Assembly (NCBI GenBank): GCA_964491785.1
Contig: CAZBGS010000001.1
Coordinates: forward strand, 232,661-296,660
Source of the DNA: an uncultured Pseudobdellovibrionaceae bacterium
Lineage (GTDB): Bacteria; Pseudomonadota; Alphaproteobacteria; Micavibrionales; Micavibrionaceae
Direction: 5' to 3'
Length of the DNA stretch: 64,000 nt
Shown here in pieces: positions 8,727 to 18,454 of this stretch (position 1 is the first letter of the stretch; each line of letters begins with the position of its first letter). Both the position numbers and the translations under genes were made by a program. The notes under the pieces were generated by a model that was not told the origin of the DNA, searched no databases, and saw nothing but the letters and a program-made list of their open reading frames with translations.

Positions 8727-9701
8727 TTATTCCGAATCATCGGAAGAGGATTTCACGGGGCGGCCGCGGCGGCGGACGTGTTTTTTGTGTTTCTTGTGTT
8801 TCCGGTCGGGCAGTGCCCTGCCCCAGATCAGCTTGTCGACAAGGTAGTTCGGTTTGACGTTGTTGTACTGGGCAACAAGGATGTTAAGCGCGTTATCGAT
8901 ATCCCGCATGGTTTTTGCGTTGCGGAACGATGAGAAATGCAGGCCGCCCCTGACGAGGCAGGTATCGATCCCGGCGGCCCATCCGCCCATGATATCGTGG
9001 CCCATCGTATCGCCGACCATCACCGTTTGTCCGGGGTATACGTTTTTTTCCTGCATCAGGCGCAGGCAATGTTGGTAAATGGGCTGATGCGGCTTTCCGA
9101 TGTAATGGACTACTCCGCCAAAATCCTGATAACGCCTTGCGATAAGACCGGGGCCCATTACATAGGTCGCGCCGAGCAGCGCCCTGCTGTCCGGATTTGA
9201 ACAGAAAGCTTTCAGTCCGCGCTTGACGGCAGTTCTCAGCGCCGGTTCGTAATCGGCGATAGAGAGAACCGGCGATTCCGAACCGAGGATCAGCAGAAAA
9301 TCAGCCTGATTTATATCGTCAACTATTTCAACTCCGGTGCCTTCGAGCATGGAGATGTCGCCACCGCGACTGAAGAGATAGCATCTCTTCTGGCCCAGAC
9401 CGCTGAACAATCCGCTGTTCTCGCTCAGGCCCTGCCAGATGAATTCGCCGCTGGATATGATTCTGTTGTAAAGGCTGGGGCCGATGCCGATCTGTTTCAG
9501 ACGCTGCTTGAGCTGGTCTTCGCGAAGAGAAGAGTTGGAAAGGACAATAATGAACTTTTTACGGTTTTTAAGTTCTTTCAGGCAATCAATAACTCCCTCA
9601 TACGGCTTGTTGCCATCATGCATTACACCCCACTGATCCAGGATGAACCCCATGTAGGTATCCGATATGTCTGAAATCCCCTGGCAGAACTTGGTTTTCA
9701 T
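8727..9701 (-). CDS. HAD-IIA family hydrolase
   Basis: The N-terminus (FILDQWGVMHDG) carries the HAD motif I DxxG, and the architecture is HAD-IIA-like. The C-terminus is an unusually basic tail (RKHKKHKKHVRRRGRP). Confidence 0.6.
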   Translation of the reverse strand: MKTKFCQGISDISDTYMGFILDQWGVMHDGNKPYEGVIDCLKELKNRKKFIIVLSNSSLREDQLKQRLKQIGIGPSLYNRIISSGEFIWQGLSENSGLFSGLGQKRCYLFSRGGDISMLEGTGVEIVDDINQADFLLILGSESPVLSIADYEPALRTAVKRGLKAFCSNPDSRALLGATYVMGPGLIARRYQDFGGVVHYIGKPHQPIYQHCLRLMQEKNVYPGQTVMVGDTMGHDIMGGWAAGIDTCLVRGGLHFSSFRNAKTMRDIDNALNILVAQYNNVKPNYLVDKLIWGRALPDRKHKKHKKHVRRRGRPVKSSSDDSE

Positions 9702-9848
9702 ATTTGCCGTTTAGTAAATTATTTTTCTCTTCGTTCGAACATGACAACAATATCGCCACATGTTCTATCCAATCAACGGCAAAATGCACAAAGTCAGGCA
9801 TTTATCAAACCATAAAACCCTACATGGCCCCCGTGTCAAAGCACCGGT

Positions 9849-12800
9849 TTACGAACCCGTTTTTATACTTTCTCTGGCCATTTTCGGCTCGCGGCCAGCT
9901 GCGGTGCACAGGAAGCAGTAGAGCTTGCCCACCTCGCTGGAAACGAAGGTCGAGGAAAGCAACGCGCCGTGGTCGTTGGCGATGGCCTGGTCGTACAGTT
10001 CCTCGAACTGACGCAGATAGCGCTGGACGTAAGTGCGGAATTCGGTGTCGGAGGCGAATTTCTTGCGAACCTTGTCGACCGGCATATTATCGCCAAGCTG
10101 GGCCAGACGGCGGGTAAAGGCGGATACATCGCCTTTCTGGAACGCTCGCCAGGTCTTCTCGGGAACCTCGCCGTCGAGATTGCGGGTAAGGTCGACCGAG
10201 AGCGAATGCAGGCTTTCGACAATGAATTTTGCCGAAGACAGGAAGGATTCCCGCTGCACCCTCGATTCCTCTTTCCGGATTTCCTCGGCATGCTGCCTTG
10301 CGTCTTCGGAAGCTTTGAAAAGAGAGGTTGACTGGCGGTGGAAAGCGGAAGTGGCCTGTTCCGTCGTTTCGATTGCCTTGGTCGACACGAGGATAAGACG
10401 ATCCGTCTCCTTGTCGAGTTTTTCCCGCGCGCCGTCGATTCTGACGGAGACATCGCCAGCGGTCTTGCCGACTTCGTCGAGCCTTGAGGTAAGAACAGAA
10501 ACCGCCTTGCCGATGGTGTCCGCGGAATCAGCCGAGGCCTGGGCGACGGCAGAGGCCTGATCCTTCAACTCCTTGCCGTAGTTCTGGCTTATCTGGAGCG
10601 AGGCTTTCATTTGCTCGGCTATTTCCCTCGACCTAACAGCAAAAGTATCGCCGGCCTTTTTCAGTTCGATCAGGGTTTCACTCGACTTGTCGAACAAGGC
10701 TTCAGCCTCGTTCTGAATGCGGGTGACGAGAAGGCTCGTCGATTCCACTGTATTTTGCGAGGCATCGTTGAGTTTTTCGCTATGGCGCAGTGCCTTGTCA
10801 CCGATCTCGTCGAATTTTGAGGCTATGCGTTCCGCAGTCTCGTCGACGCTTTCGGCGGACTTGCTGAATTCGGTGCCGGCGGCCTGAAGCTGAACCATGG
10901 CCTGGCCGATGGAAGCGGAAAGCTCGTGGAACTGGTCGTTGATGGCCTTCTGGATATTCTCGATTTTGAGCAGAGCCTGATCGGTCACCAGATGGATATC
11001 CGAAGACTGGTTGTCCAGAGAGGCTTCGATTTCCCGCATCTTCTCGCTGGCGGAACGGGCGGCGTCCTCGATCTCGCCCACGCGCTCCTGCAGGTGGTCG
11101 CTGGAAGATTTGAGGATCTGGGAGGCCTGCGACGATCCTTCCTTGAGGTCTTGCAAGCGTTCATCAAAGATGGAGCCGATGTGATCAAGCCTTGCAAGGC
11201 TGCTTTCGGCGGTGTCGCTGAATTCGCCGCGGAGTTTTTCGAAGCGTTCGGTCGCGGTTCCGGCGCGTTCGATAGCTTTTGTATAGACCGGCTCAATTTC
11301 GACCGCCGCGCTTTCAAGCGAACGGGTTACCGCGGTGATCGACGTTTCGGCCGCCGAGCAGCCTGATTTGAGAGTTACAATGCGGTCTTCAAGCGAAGCG
11401 TCAAGCTTTTCCAGTTTCTCCAGAGCTGTCGTGCTGACGTTGCCGATTTCGTCGCAACGCGAGGCGATAGTACCTTCAAGTCTGGCGATCTGCGATACCG
11501 CGTTTCCGGAGAGCCTGTTAAGGTTTTCGGCCTGGATTTCAAGAGCGCTGCGGACTGCCTCGATCTGGACAAGCGAATCCTTGACCTGAAGAGAAAGAGT
11601 ATCCTTCTGTTCGCTCATGTTGTTGTTGATCGCCCTGGCGTGGGCGGCGATCTGACCGGATAGGGTCGAGATCTCCTGCGCCTGGCCTCTTAGAATGGTG
11701 CGGATATGCTCGGCGCTTCCGGTGGCTTTTTCGCTGGCCTCGTTGAGGTCGGAGACGCGGCGGCGCAAGGTGTCCTCAATCTCTTCATGCTTGCCGTCGG
11801 CTTCGCTGACCGCAAGCATCATCGCCTTCAGTGGCTCTTCAAGGGCGGTGCGTACAGTTTCGATCCGGTCGGCAAGGCTTGCGGTGGAGACGCTGATTTT
11901 TTCAGCCTGCTCATCGACGGCGGAAGAAAGTTTGGCGACCTGGACATCGGTAAGTTTCGAGGCTTCCTCGATCTGGTCGCGGCTGCGTTCAAGCAGTTCG
12001 ACGATCGATTTGATATGTTCGACATTGCCCTCGCCGGAAGCGTTGAGTTCATCAATGTGCTTGCGGGCAGTCTGGATCAGTTCTTCGGCCTGCGTACGGG
12101 CGGACTGGGTGGACTTTTCGAGGCTATCGACGGCGCGCCGGACAGCGGAGCTTACTGTTTCCGCCCCTGACAGCGCGACGGAAAGCGCTTCGGTCAGCCT
12201 GTTGGAGACCGCTATTCCGGCTTCTTCAATTCCGCCTGCTTCTTTAGTTAGTATTTTTACTGTTTCTCGCAGCTTGTCGGCTTCCCCGCTGACACGGCCG
12301 GTTACGTCATCGGCCTGACCTGCGGCATAATCTGCCGCTTCCTTAAGTCTGTTTACGCTGGAGCTGACGGCATGCGCGATGTTCTCGGCCTGAACCGCGA
12401 CGGCCCTTGCACCCTGATCCAGCGCCTCGCGCTGATCCTGAATGGTTTCGCTGGAGCGCAGCATGGCTTCGACAACCTTGTCTGTCATATCCTCAAGACT
12501 GCTGACCTGATCATGAATTTGTTCGCCGATGCGGGAAGTTTCTTCGGCGACATGGTCGGTGGCTTCGGTGAGGCCTCTGGTATGTTCGTCAAACTCGCCG
12601 CTCAGTCCTTTAAGGCGTTCGGCGATCTTTTCGACGGCTTCATTGAGGTTTTCGTAGGTCTTCTGCAGGTCTGCCTCTATTCCGCCGATCTTGTCGCGGG
12701 CGGTGTCGGCGGCGGCCAGGATCTTGTCCGCTCCCTTGCAGAGAGAGTTTTCCATCTCTCCGGAGCGCTCAAGGACAGTTCTGGTGACCTCATCCCAGAC

Positions 12801-13664
12801 CTGGACGCCCTTTTCCGTGCTTTCGGCGATTTTCGAAGTTCTGGCCTCGATTTCCGAAGTGAGCGCTATCAGGCTGGCGGCGCGGGTTTGCAGGGTTTCG
12901 GCAAGTCGGTCGATATGGAATTCGGTCTTTTTCGATATGCCAACGAAATCCCGTATTTCGGCGCGCAGCCCCAGTCTTGCCCGGTGAATGGACTTCAGAA
13001 CCGCCTTGGAGCTTGCCGAGAGTTCGGCGGCCTGACGGCACAATAGTTCGATATCGCGGCTTATTATCCGCGAGCGCTCTTCCGAAGGGAAAATCAGGGA
13101 GTGCAGTTCCTTGCGCAATGATTCAGCGTACATGTGTACGTCCGACGTACGCTGGATATGTGAAAGCACCAGCCAGAAAAGCGCAGGAGGAGCCAGCATA
13201 CCGGCAATATAGCCGCCAAGCTCGTCCGGCTTGAGAGACAAAAGATCTCCAGAACGGAAAGCATAGAAAACACAATAGCTTACCCAGGCGATTGTAAGTA
13301 AAAGTCCAAAAGCCTGGCCGTATCTGTGGCTGGCGGGACGCTCAAGCAAAGGAGTGTTCATCGGGGCCAGCATAAGAACCGGTTCGGCGTCGGCTTCATC
13401 GGGATCCAGCTGATCTGGCCGGGTTGCGCGCAGTTCCTCGGTTGTTTTGTCTTCCGATGAAGTAATTCTTAGAGTTTTAAGCCCTGATGCCGTGTTAATC
13501 CTGAAACTTGTCTTGTTGTCACGGGTTTCCGGAAGCTGCGGCAAGCGGACGGATGTTCTGCTTTTTGTTTCTTCCGCGCCGGTCTCCGTGTGGGAAGAAT
13601 CGTCGGCGCCAGTATCCCCACCTGCCTGCCTTGCGGCTGACACTTTCTTCATTTGCAGCTCCAT
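9849..13664 (-). CDS. Large membrane-anchored coiled-coil protein (1271 aa), TipN-like architecture
   Basis: After a ~100-aa charged N-terminal region there are two hydrophobic segments (LLLTIAWVSYCVFYAF and IAGMLAPPALFWLVL). About 1000 aa of E/A/R/K/L-rich heptad-like sequence follows, ending in a distinct ~150-aa C-terminal domain. Confidence 0.6.
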   Translation of the reverse strand: MELQMKKVSAARQAGGDTGADDSSHTETGAEETKSRTSVRLPQLPETRDNKTSFRINTASGLKTLRITSSEDKTTEELRATRPDQLDPDEADAEPVLMLAPMNTPLLERPASHRYGQAFGLLLTIAWVSYCVFYAFRSGDLLSLKPDELGGYIAGMLAPPALFWLVLSHIQRTSDVHMYAESLRKELHSLIFPSEERSRIISRDIELLCRQAAELSASSKAVLKSIHRARLGLRAEIRDFVGISKKTEFHIDRLAETLQTRAASLIALTSEIEARTSKIAESTEKGVQVWDEVTRTVLERSGEMENSLCKGADKILAAADTARDKIGGIEADLQKTYENLNEAVEKIAERLKGLSGEFDEHTRGLTEATDHVAEETSRIGEQIHDQVSSLEDMTDKVVEAMLRSSETIQDQREALDQGARAVAVQAENIAHAVSSSVNRLKEAADYAAGQADDVTGRVSGEADKLRETVKILTKEAGGIEEAGIAVSNRLTEALSVALSGAETVSSAVRRAVDSLEKSTQSARTQAEELIQTARKHIDELNASGEGNVEHIKSIVELLERSRDQIEEASKLTDVQVAKLSSAVDEQAEKISVSTASLADRIETVRTALEEPLKAMMLAVSEADGKHEEIEDTLRRRVSDLNEASEKATGSAEHIRTILRGQAQEISTLSGQIAAHARAINNNMSEQKDTLSLQVKDSLVQIEAVRSALEIQAENLNRLSGNAVSQIARLEGTIASRCDEIGNVSTTALEKLEKLDASLEDRIVTLKSGCSAAETSITAVTRSLESAAVEIEPVYTKAIERAGTATERFEKLRGEFSDTAESSLARLDHIGSIFDERLQDLKEGSSQASQILKSSSDHLQERVGEIEDAARSASEKMREIEASLDNQSSDIHLVTDQALLKIENIQKAINDQFHELSASIGQAMVQLQAAGTEFSKSAESVDETAERIASKFDEIGDKALRHSEKLNDASQNTVESTSLLVTRIQNEAEALFDKSSETLIELKKAGDTFAVRSREIAEQMKASLQISQNYGKELKDQASAVAQASADSADTIGKAVSVLTSRLDEVGKTAGDVSVRIDGAREKLDKETDRLILVSTKAIETTEQATSAFHRQSTSLFKASEDARQHAEEIRKEESRVQRESFLSSAKFIVESLHSLSVDLTRNLDGEVPEKTWRAFQKGDVSAFTRRLAQLGDNMPVDKVRKKFASDTEFRTYVQRYLRQFEELYDQAIANDHGALLSSTFVSSEVGKLYCFLCTAAGREPKMARESIKTGS

Positions 13665-13923
13665 CGCTAGATTTTCTCGGAAGTAAGACTGATTTATAAA
13701 TGCATATCAGTCATTTGCAATGCATACTGAATGCAGTTTTATAATTAGTTGTGGATAAAAGGATCAGGTCTTTGCGGTACTTTACAAAGACTTTTTGTTA
13801 CCAGGTGCTTGCGGGTATATTTTAAGATTGCGCTTGAACGCCTGCCCGCCTATAGCATGAAGATTGACTGAAACGGTTCAGTTTAACAGATCGATGCTTC
13901 AGGCAACAGGGTAAGGCGTTTTG

Positions 13924-13990
13924 CGGACGAGTGCCCTCACCCTCCCGCTTCGCGTGCCCATCCCTCTCCCGGCGGGAGAGGGGGATTGGT
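13924..13990 (+). repeat. Dispersed intergenic repeat, full-length copy (two-hairpin element)
   Basis: The sequence ggacgagtgccctcaccctcccgcttcgcgtgcccatccctctcccggcgggagaggggg contains hairpin 1 (cccgcttcgcg) and hairpin 2 (ccctctcccggcgggagaggg). It sits just 3' of the 14001..14489 gene. Confidence 0.6.
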
Positions 13991-14000
13991 GCCGGATATT

Positions 14001-14489
14001 TTATTGGCCGCAGATGGGTTGGGATACGGGGTGGCCTGGAAAGATAGTCGAGGCCCATTTCCGGATCTCCTGCTGGTTCATTACCGATACCTGGGAAATG
14101 CGGGGCGAGTAGCGTTTGCAAAAAAGATCGGGCCGCATTTTCGCTGCGTCGTTGGAGATCTTGTTGGCGAAGGCGGTGCGCATCAGGTTCAGAGATGCTA
14201 CCGGATTTGGATGGCCGCATTTGCGGAAGTAGTTGATCAGGGTTTCCTCATAGCCGACGATCAGGTCGGAATACCTGCTGGAAAAATTCCGGTACTGGGA
14301 ATAAAGGTTTTCCTGTCCGCTTGGAGTCATGTGCTGGCAATTCAGGCCGATGACCATCAACTCGCTGTGAATGCGGATCCCCTGCTCCGCCTCGGCTTCA
14401 TTAAGAGAATAACAACTGCGGATTTCCTCTGCGGCATTAGCGGTTCCAGAAAAGGCCATTAAAAGAAACAAGATCAGTACTTTACGCAT
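14001..14489 (-). CDS. Secreted cysteine-containing hypothetical protein
   Basis: The 162-aa protein has a signal peptide (MRKVLILFLLMAFSGTANA) and six Cys residues. The family is not recognised. Confidence 0.45.
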   Translation of the reverse strand: MRKVLILFLLMAFSGTANAAEEIRSCYSLNEAEAEQGIRIHSELMVIGLNCQHMTPSGQENLYSQYRNFSSRYSDLIVGYEETLINYFRKCGHPNPVASLNLMRTAFANKISNDAAKMRPDLFCKRYSPRISQVSVMNQQEIRKWASTIFPGHPVSQPICGQ

Positions 14490-14504
14490 AACTCCCCCTA
14501 CACC

Positions 14505-15449
14505 TTATACCGGTGTCAAAAGTTGCTTTCCTTCAAAATGAGCCAAGAGGTTTGCGATAACCAGACGCCCCATTCTTGTCCGAGTCTCGGTTGTCGCTCC
14601 GCCTATATGTGGCAAAAGAATCACATTGTCCATAGAAAAAAGGGCTTCGGGGACATTCGGCTCGTTTTCATACACGTCCAGTCCGGCGCCGGCAATCGCT
14701 CGGTTGCTAAGAGCCATCAGCAGATCCGCCTGATTGACTACCCCTCCCCTTGCTATGTTAACCAGATAGCCGCGCGGCCCGAGAGCTTCGAGTACTTCGT
14801 AACCGATCAATCCTTCCGTTTCCGCGCCCCCCGGACATGCCGCGACCAGAAAATCGCTTTCATGCGCCATTTCGATTAGAGAGCTGAAATACGGGTAAGG
14901 CTGATCCTTTTTCTCGTTCGGGCCGTGATAGATTATATTTATGCCGAAAGCCTCCGCCCGACTGGCAATAGCCTTGCCGATTCGTCCCAGACCAACAATA
15001 CCCGCCGTCTTGCCGCGCAGGCTCGAGCCGAGCGGGAACTGGGAGCCGCCGCTCCACTTGCCAACGCGGACGAACATGTCGCCCTCGACCACCCGCCTTG
15101 AGAGTCCCAAGATCAGCGCGAGAGCTATATCGGCAGTATCGTCGGTGACGACGTCAGGTGTGTTGGTCACCGGAACCTGATAGTCGCTTGCGGCCTCGAT
15201 ATCTATATTGTCGTATCCAGCTCCGTACTGGACTATTATTTCCAGATTTGGCAAGGCCTCGATAAGCGAGCGGCTTACGCGCATGGTGTTGAAGGTCGAA
15301 AGAATGGCACGGATTTCGCGGCTGTTCTCCCTGATCGCGGCTTCGGGGTCAGGTTCCTTCCACAGCCGCACTATTTCCACATGCTGTTCCAGTTCCGACA
15401 TTTCGGCGGGCAGAAGGCTGCCCAGCGCTAAAATTTTGCGGGTCATCAA
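14505..15449 (-). CDS. D-isomer-specific 2-hydroxyacid dehydrogenase (glyoxylate/hydroxypyruvate reductase-like)
   Basis: There is an NAD-binding motif (GIVGLGRIGKAIA) and the catalytic region of the D-2-hydroxyacid dehydrogenase family. Confidence 0.75.
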   Translation of the reverse strand: MMTRKILALGSLLPAEMSELEQHVEIVRLWKEPDPEAAIRENSREIRAILSTFNTMRVSRSLIEALPNLEIIVQYGAGYDNIDIEAASDYQVPVTNTPDVVTDDTADIALALILGLSRRVVEGDMFVRVGKWSGGSQFPLGSSLRGKTAGIVGLGRIGKAIASRAEAFGINIIYHGPNEKKDQPYPYFSSLIEMAHESDFLVAACPGGAETEGLIGYEVLEALGPRGYLVNIARGGVVNQADLLMALSNRAIAGAGLDVYENEPNVPEALFSMDNVILLPHIGGATTETRTRMGRLVIANLLAHFEGKQLLTPV

Positions 15450-15522
15450 ATATCCATCTTTATAAAACTTGATTTATTAACGCTAACCATGGTTAAACCC
15501 AATCGTCAATGTGAGCGCGTAA

Positions 15523-16872
15523 ATGACAGGAAAAAAACTCTTTATAAAAACCTGGGGCTGTCAGATGAACGTATATGACAGCGAGCGTATGGCCGATGTC
15601 CTTGCGCCGCTTGGCTATGAGCGGACGGAGAGTCCGGACGGCGCGGATCTTGTCATATTCAATACCTGTCATATTCGGGAAAAGGCTACAGACAAGGTAT
15701 TTTCGGAGCTTGGCCGCCTGAAGCCGTTCAAAACCGAGAAAGAAGCGGCGGGGGGGAAGATGATTATCGCCGTGGCAGGATGCGTGGCGCAGGCGGAGGG
15801 CGACTTTCTGCTAAAAAGAGCGCCGTTCGTGGATATGGTGTTCGGGCCGCAGAATTACCACAGGCTGCCGGAGATGGTGGCCAAAGCCTCGAACCAGCGC
15901 GTTATCAATACTGATTTCCCCGAAGAGGAAAAGTTCGATTATCTCCCGGAAGAACATGCGGCAAGAGGAGTTTGCGCCTTTTTGTCGGTTCAGGAAGGCT
16001 GCGACAAGTTTTGCACCTATTGCGTCGTACCTTACACAAGAGGCGCGGAATATTCACGAAGTGCGGACTCAATTCTTGAAGAAGCGAGGCGGCTTGCCGG
16101 AAGCGGAGTCAAAGAAATAACCCTGCTTGGGCAGAATGTGAACGCATGGCATGGCGAGACACCGGACGGGAAGACATGGGGGCTTGGCCGCCTTATCGAC
16201 GCGGTGTCGGAAATCGGGGGCATCGAAAGGATCCGCTATACCACCTCGCACCCGCAGGACATGGAACAGGAACTGATCGACGCTCACAGGGACAACCCGA
16301 AGCTTATGCCTTTCCTGCATCTGCCGGTTCAGAGCGGCTCTGACAAAATTCTTAAAGCCATGAACCGCAAGCATAAGGCGGAGGACTATATCGAGACAGT
16401 CGGGAAAATCCGCATGGCGAGAGCCGATATCGCGCTGTCCTGCGATTTCATCGTGGGCTTTCCCGGAGAGAGCGAGAGAGATTTCGAAGATACGCTTGAC
16501 TTGATTCGCAAAGTGAAGTTCGCCTCGGCTTATTCGTTCAATTTCAGTCCGCGCCCAGGCACCCCGGCAGCAGCAATGGACAACCAAATCCCCGACGAGG
16601 TCAAATCGGAGAGGCTCGCCGTTCTCCAGGAACTCATTAACGGACATCAGCTAGAGTTCAACAGGTCTATGGAAGGCAAAATCATGCCTGTTTTATTTGA
16701 CGGAACAGGGAGCGGAAAAGACGGAAATCCGCAACTTCACGGCAGAACGCCTTATAATCAGGCGGTTCACATAGAGGCGCAGGGATTAAGACCCGGAAAC
16801 ATCGTGGATATCATCATCACAAAAGGGCTCGCCAATTCTGTGCGCGGAAGGATTGCAGTCTTGCCTGATTAA
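15523..16872 (+). CDS. miaB: tRNA-i6A37 methylthiotransferase
   Basis: The N-terminus begins KLFIKTWGCQMNVYDSE, there is a radical-SAM CxxxCxxC (CDKFCTYC), and a TRAM C-terminal domain. Confidence 0.9.
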   Translation: MTGKKLFIKTWGCQMNVYDSERMADVLAPLGYERTESPDGADLVIFNTCHIREKATDKVFSELGRLKPFKTEKEAAGGKMIIAVAGCVAQAEGDFLLKRAPFVDMVFGPQNYHRLPEMVAKASNQRVINTDFPEEEKFDYLPEEHAARGVCAFLSVQEGCDKFCTYCVVPYTRGAEYSRSADSILEEARRLAGSGVKEITLLGQNVNAWHGETPDGKTWGLGRLIDAVSEIGGIERIRYTTSHPQDMEQELIDAHRDNPKLMPFLHLPVQSGSDKILKAMNRKHKAEDYIETVGKIRMARADIALSCDFIVGFPGESERDFEDTLDLIRKVKFASAYSFNFSPRPGTPAAAMDNQIPDEVKSERLAVLQELINGHQLEFNRSMEGKIMPVLFDGTGSGKDGNPQLHGRTPYNQAVHIEAQGLRPGNIVDIIITKGLANSVRGRIAVLPD

Positions 16873-16940
16873 TGGTTTCTATTCATTTTAGCTGCTAGAA
16901 TTAGTATTACTTAACGGCGTTCAGACAGAGTAGTAAAAAA

Positions 16941-17939
16941 TTGTCCATCATAGACATCGAATTCGACGACAACGACCTTCTTCCAGTCCTTTTCGGCGAG
17001 CATAACGGCAATCTTAATATCCTTGAGAGAAATCTTGGCGTGACCATTTCCGGACGCGGCAACAGGCTTGTGATCGAGGGGGGCGATGAGGAAGTGCGCA
17101 TTGCCAACACCGTTCTGCTCGCTCTCTGGGACAAGATCAAGCGGCAGGAGGATATCGGTTCGGCGGAAGTCGAGGCGGCTCTTCGCTTCGCTCATCCCGA
17201 TGGCAATAATTCCAGCGGCAATGGAAACGGCACGGCGGCAAGGTCTCCGGGCGATCTTCAGGAATTTGCAGACGTCAAGTCGATCATTCGAACCAAGAAA
17301 AAGACAATAGCCCCGAGATCTCCCACCCAGGCCGCTTATATCAAGACCATCATCGAGAGGGAGATGGTGTTCGGCCTTGGGCCTGCCGGAACGGGCAAGA
17401 CATATCTTGCGGTGGCAATGGCGGTTCAGGCATTTCTACAGGGGGAAGTGGCAAGGATGGTTTTCTGCCGCCCTGCCCTGGAAGCCGGAGAAAGAATCGG
17501 TTTTTTGCCCGGAGACATGAAAGAGAAAGTGGATCCTTACCTGCGTCCGGTCTATGACGCGCTGCATGACATGCTGCCCTGGGATTTCGTTCAGAAGAAA
17601 ATGGATCATGGCGAAATCGAAATCGCTCCTCTCGCCTTCATGCGGGGACGGACATTGAGCAACGCCTTTATCGTTCTCGACGAGGCGCAGAACTCGACGC
17701 CATCGCAGATGAAAATGTTTCTGACCAGGATGGGCGAGCGCTCCAGAGTCGTGGTTACCGGAGATCCATCCCAGAGCGACCTGCCCGGCGGAACTCCTGC
17801 GGGGCTTAATGAAGCGGTGAGAATTCTTGCGGATGTCACGGAAATAGGCTTTGTTAATTTTACAGGCAAGGACGTCGTTCGCCACTCGCTGGTGCAAAAA
17901 ATAGTAGATTCATATGCAACCAAATCAAGAAACACCTGA
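16941..17939 (+). CDS. phoH: PhoH-like ATPase
   Basis: There is a Walker A (GPAGTGKTYLAVAMAV) and a PhoH family core. The start is a TTG codon according to the ORF track. Confidence 0.85.
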   Translation: MSIIDIEFDDNDLLPVLFGEHNGNLNILERNLGVTISGRGNRLVIEGGDEEVRIANTVLLALWDKIKRQEDIGSAEVEAALRFAHPDGNNSSGNGNGTAARSPGDLQEFADVKSIIRTKKKTIAPRSPTQAAYIKTIIEREMVFGLGPAGTGKTYLAVAMAVQAFLQGEVARMVFCRPALEAGERIGFLPGDMKEKVDPYLRPVYDALHDMLPWDFVQKKMDHGEIEIAPLAFMRGRTLSNAFIVLDEAQNSTPSQMKMFLTRMGERSRVVVTGDPSQSDLPGGTPAGLNEAVRILADVTEIGFVNFTGKDVVRHSLVQKIVDSYATKSRNT

Positions 17940-18447
17940 GATTCTCGTCGAAGTTTCCATCCCCTATCAGGCGTGGAGCGAAAACGATCGCAGGCCGGCC
18001 AGTCTTGCAACGCGGGCGGTCAAAGAAACTGTTTTATGCGCGAAGCTTCCGGAGCAAATCAGGAAATCCGAAACGATCGAGGTAAGCGTACTGCTTGCAA
18101 ATGACGATCTGGTCAGAACGCTGAACCGCGAATACCGCAAGAAGGACAGCGCGACCAATGTGCTGTCATTTCCTCAGATAGACTATTTCAGCAAGTCGCC
18201 GCAGGAAGATATGGTCGCGGGGCAGCCTCTTAATGTCGGCGATATTGTTCTGGCTTATGAAACCGTCCACCGCGAATCGCTTGAAAAAATGATTCCATTC
18301 GACAGTCATTTTTTACATTTAATTGTCCATGGAACGCTTCATTTACTTGGTTTCGATCATATCGACGAGGAAGAGGCTTCGACAATGGAAGAAACAGAAA
18401 TCTGGATAATGAGCAGAATGGGTCACAAGAACCCTTATTCGTGGTAA
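17914..18447 (+). CDS. ybeY: rRNA maturation endoribonuclease YbeY
   Basis: The HxxxHxxGxxH motif (HLIVHGTLHLLGFDH) is present. The true start may lie downstream of the overlap with phoH. Confidence 0.85.
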   Translation: MQPNQETPEILVEVSIPYQAWSENDRRPASLATRAVKETVLCAKLPEQIRKSETIEVSVLLANDDLVRTLNREYRKKDSATNVLSFPQIDYFSKSPQEDMVAGQPLNVGDIVLAYETVHRESLEKMIPFDSHFLHLIVHGTLHLLGFDHIDEEEASTMEETEIWIMSRMGHKNPYSW

Positions 18448-18454
18448 GAGCAAG

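Noticed and set aside
9863-13234. Numerous 60-220-aa ORFs on both strands inside the 1271-aa coiled-coil gene
   Set aside because: They arise from the repetitive GAG/GCC-rich codon usage of the coiled-coil gene. The long, continuous minus-strand frame with TM segments and a C-terminal domain is the real gene.
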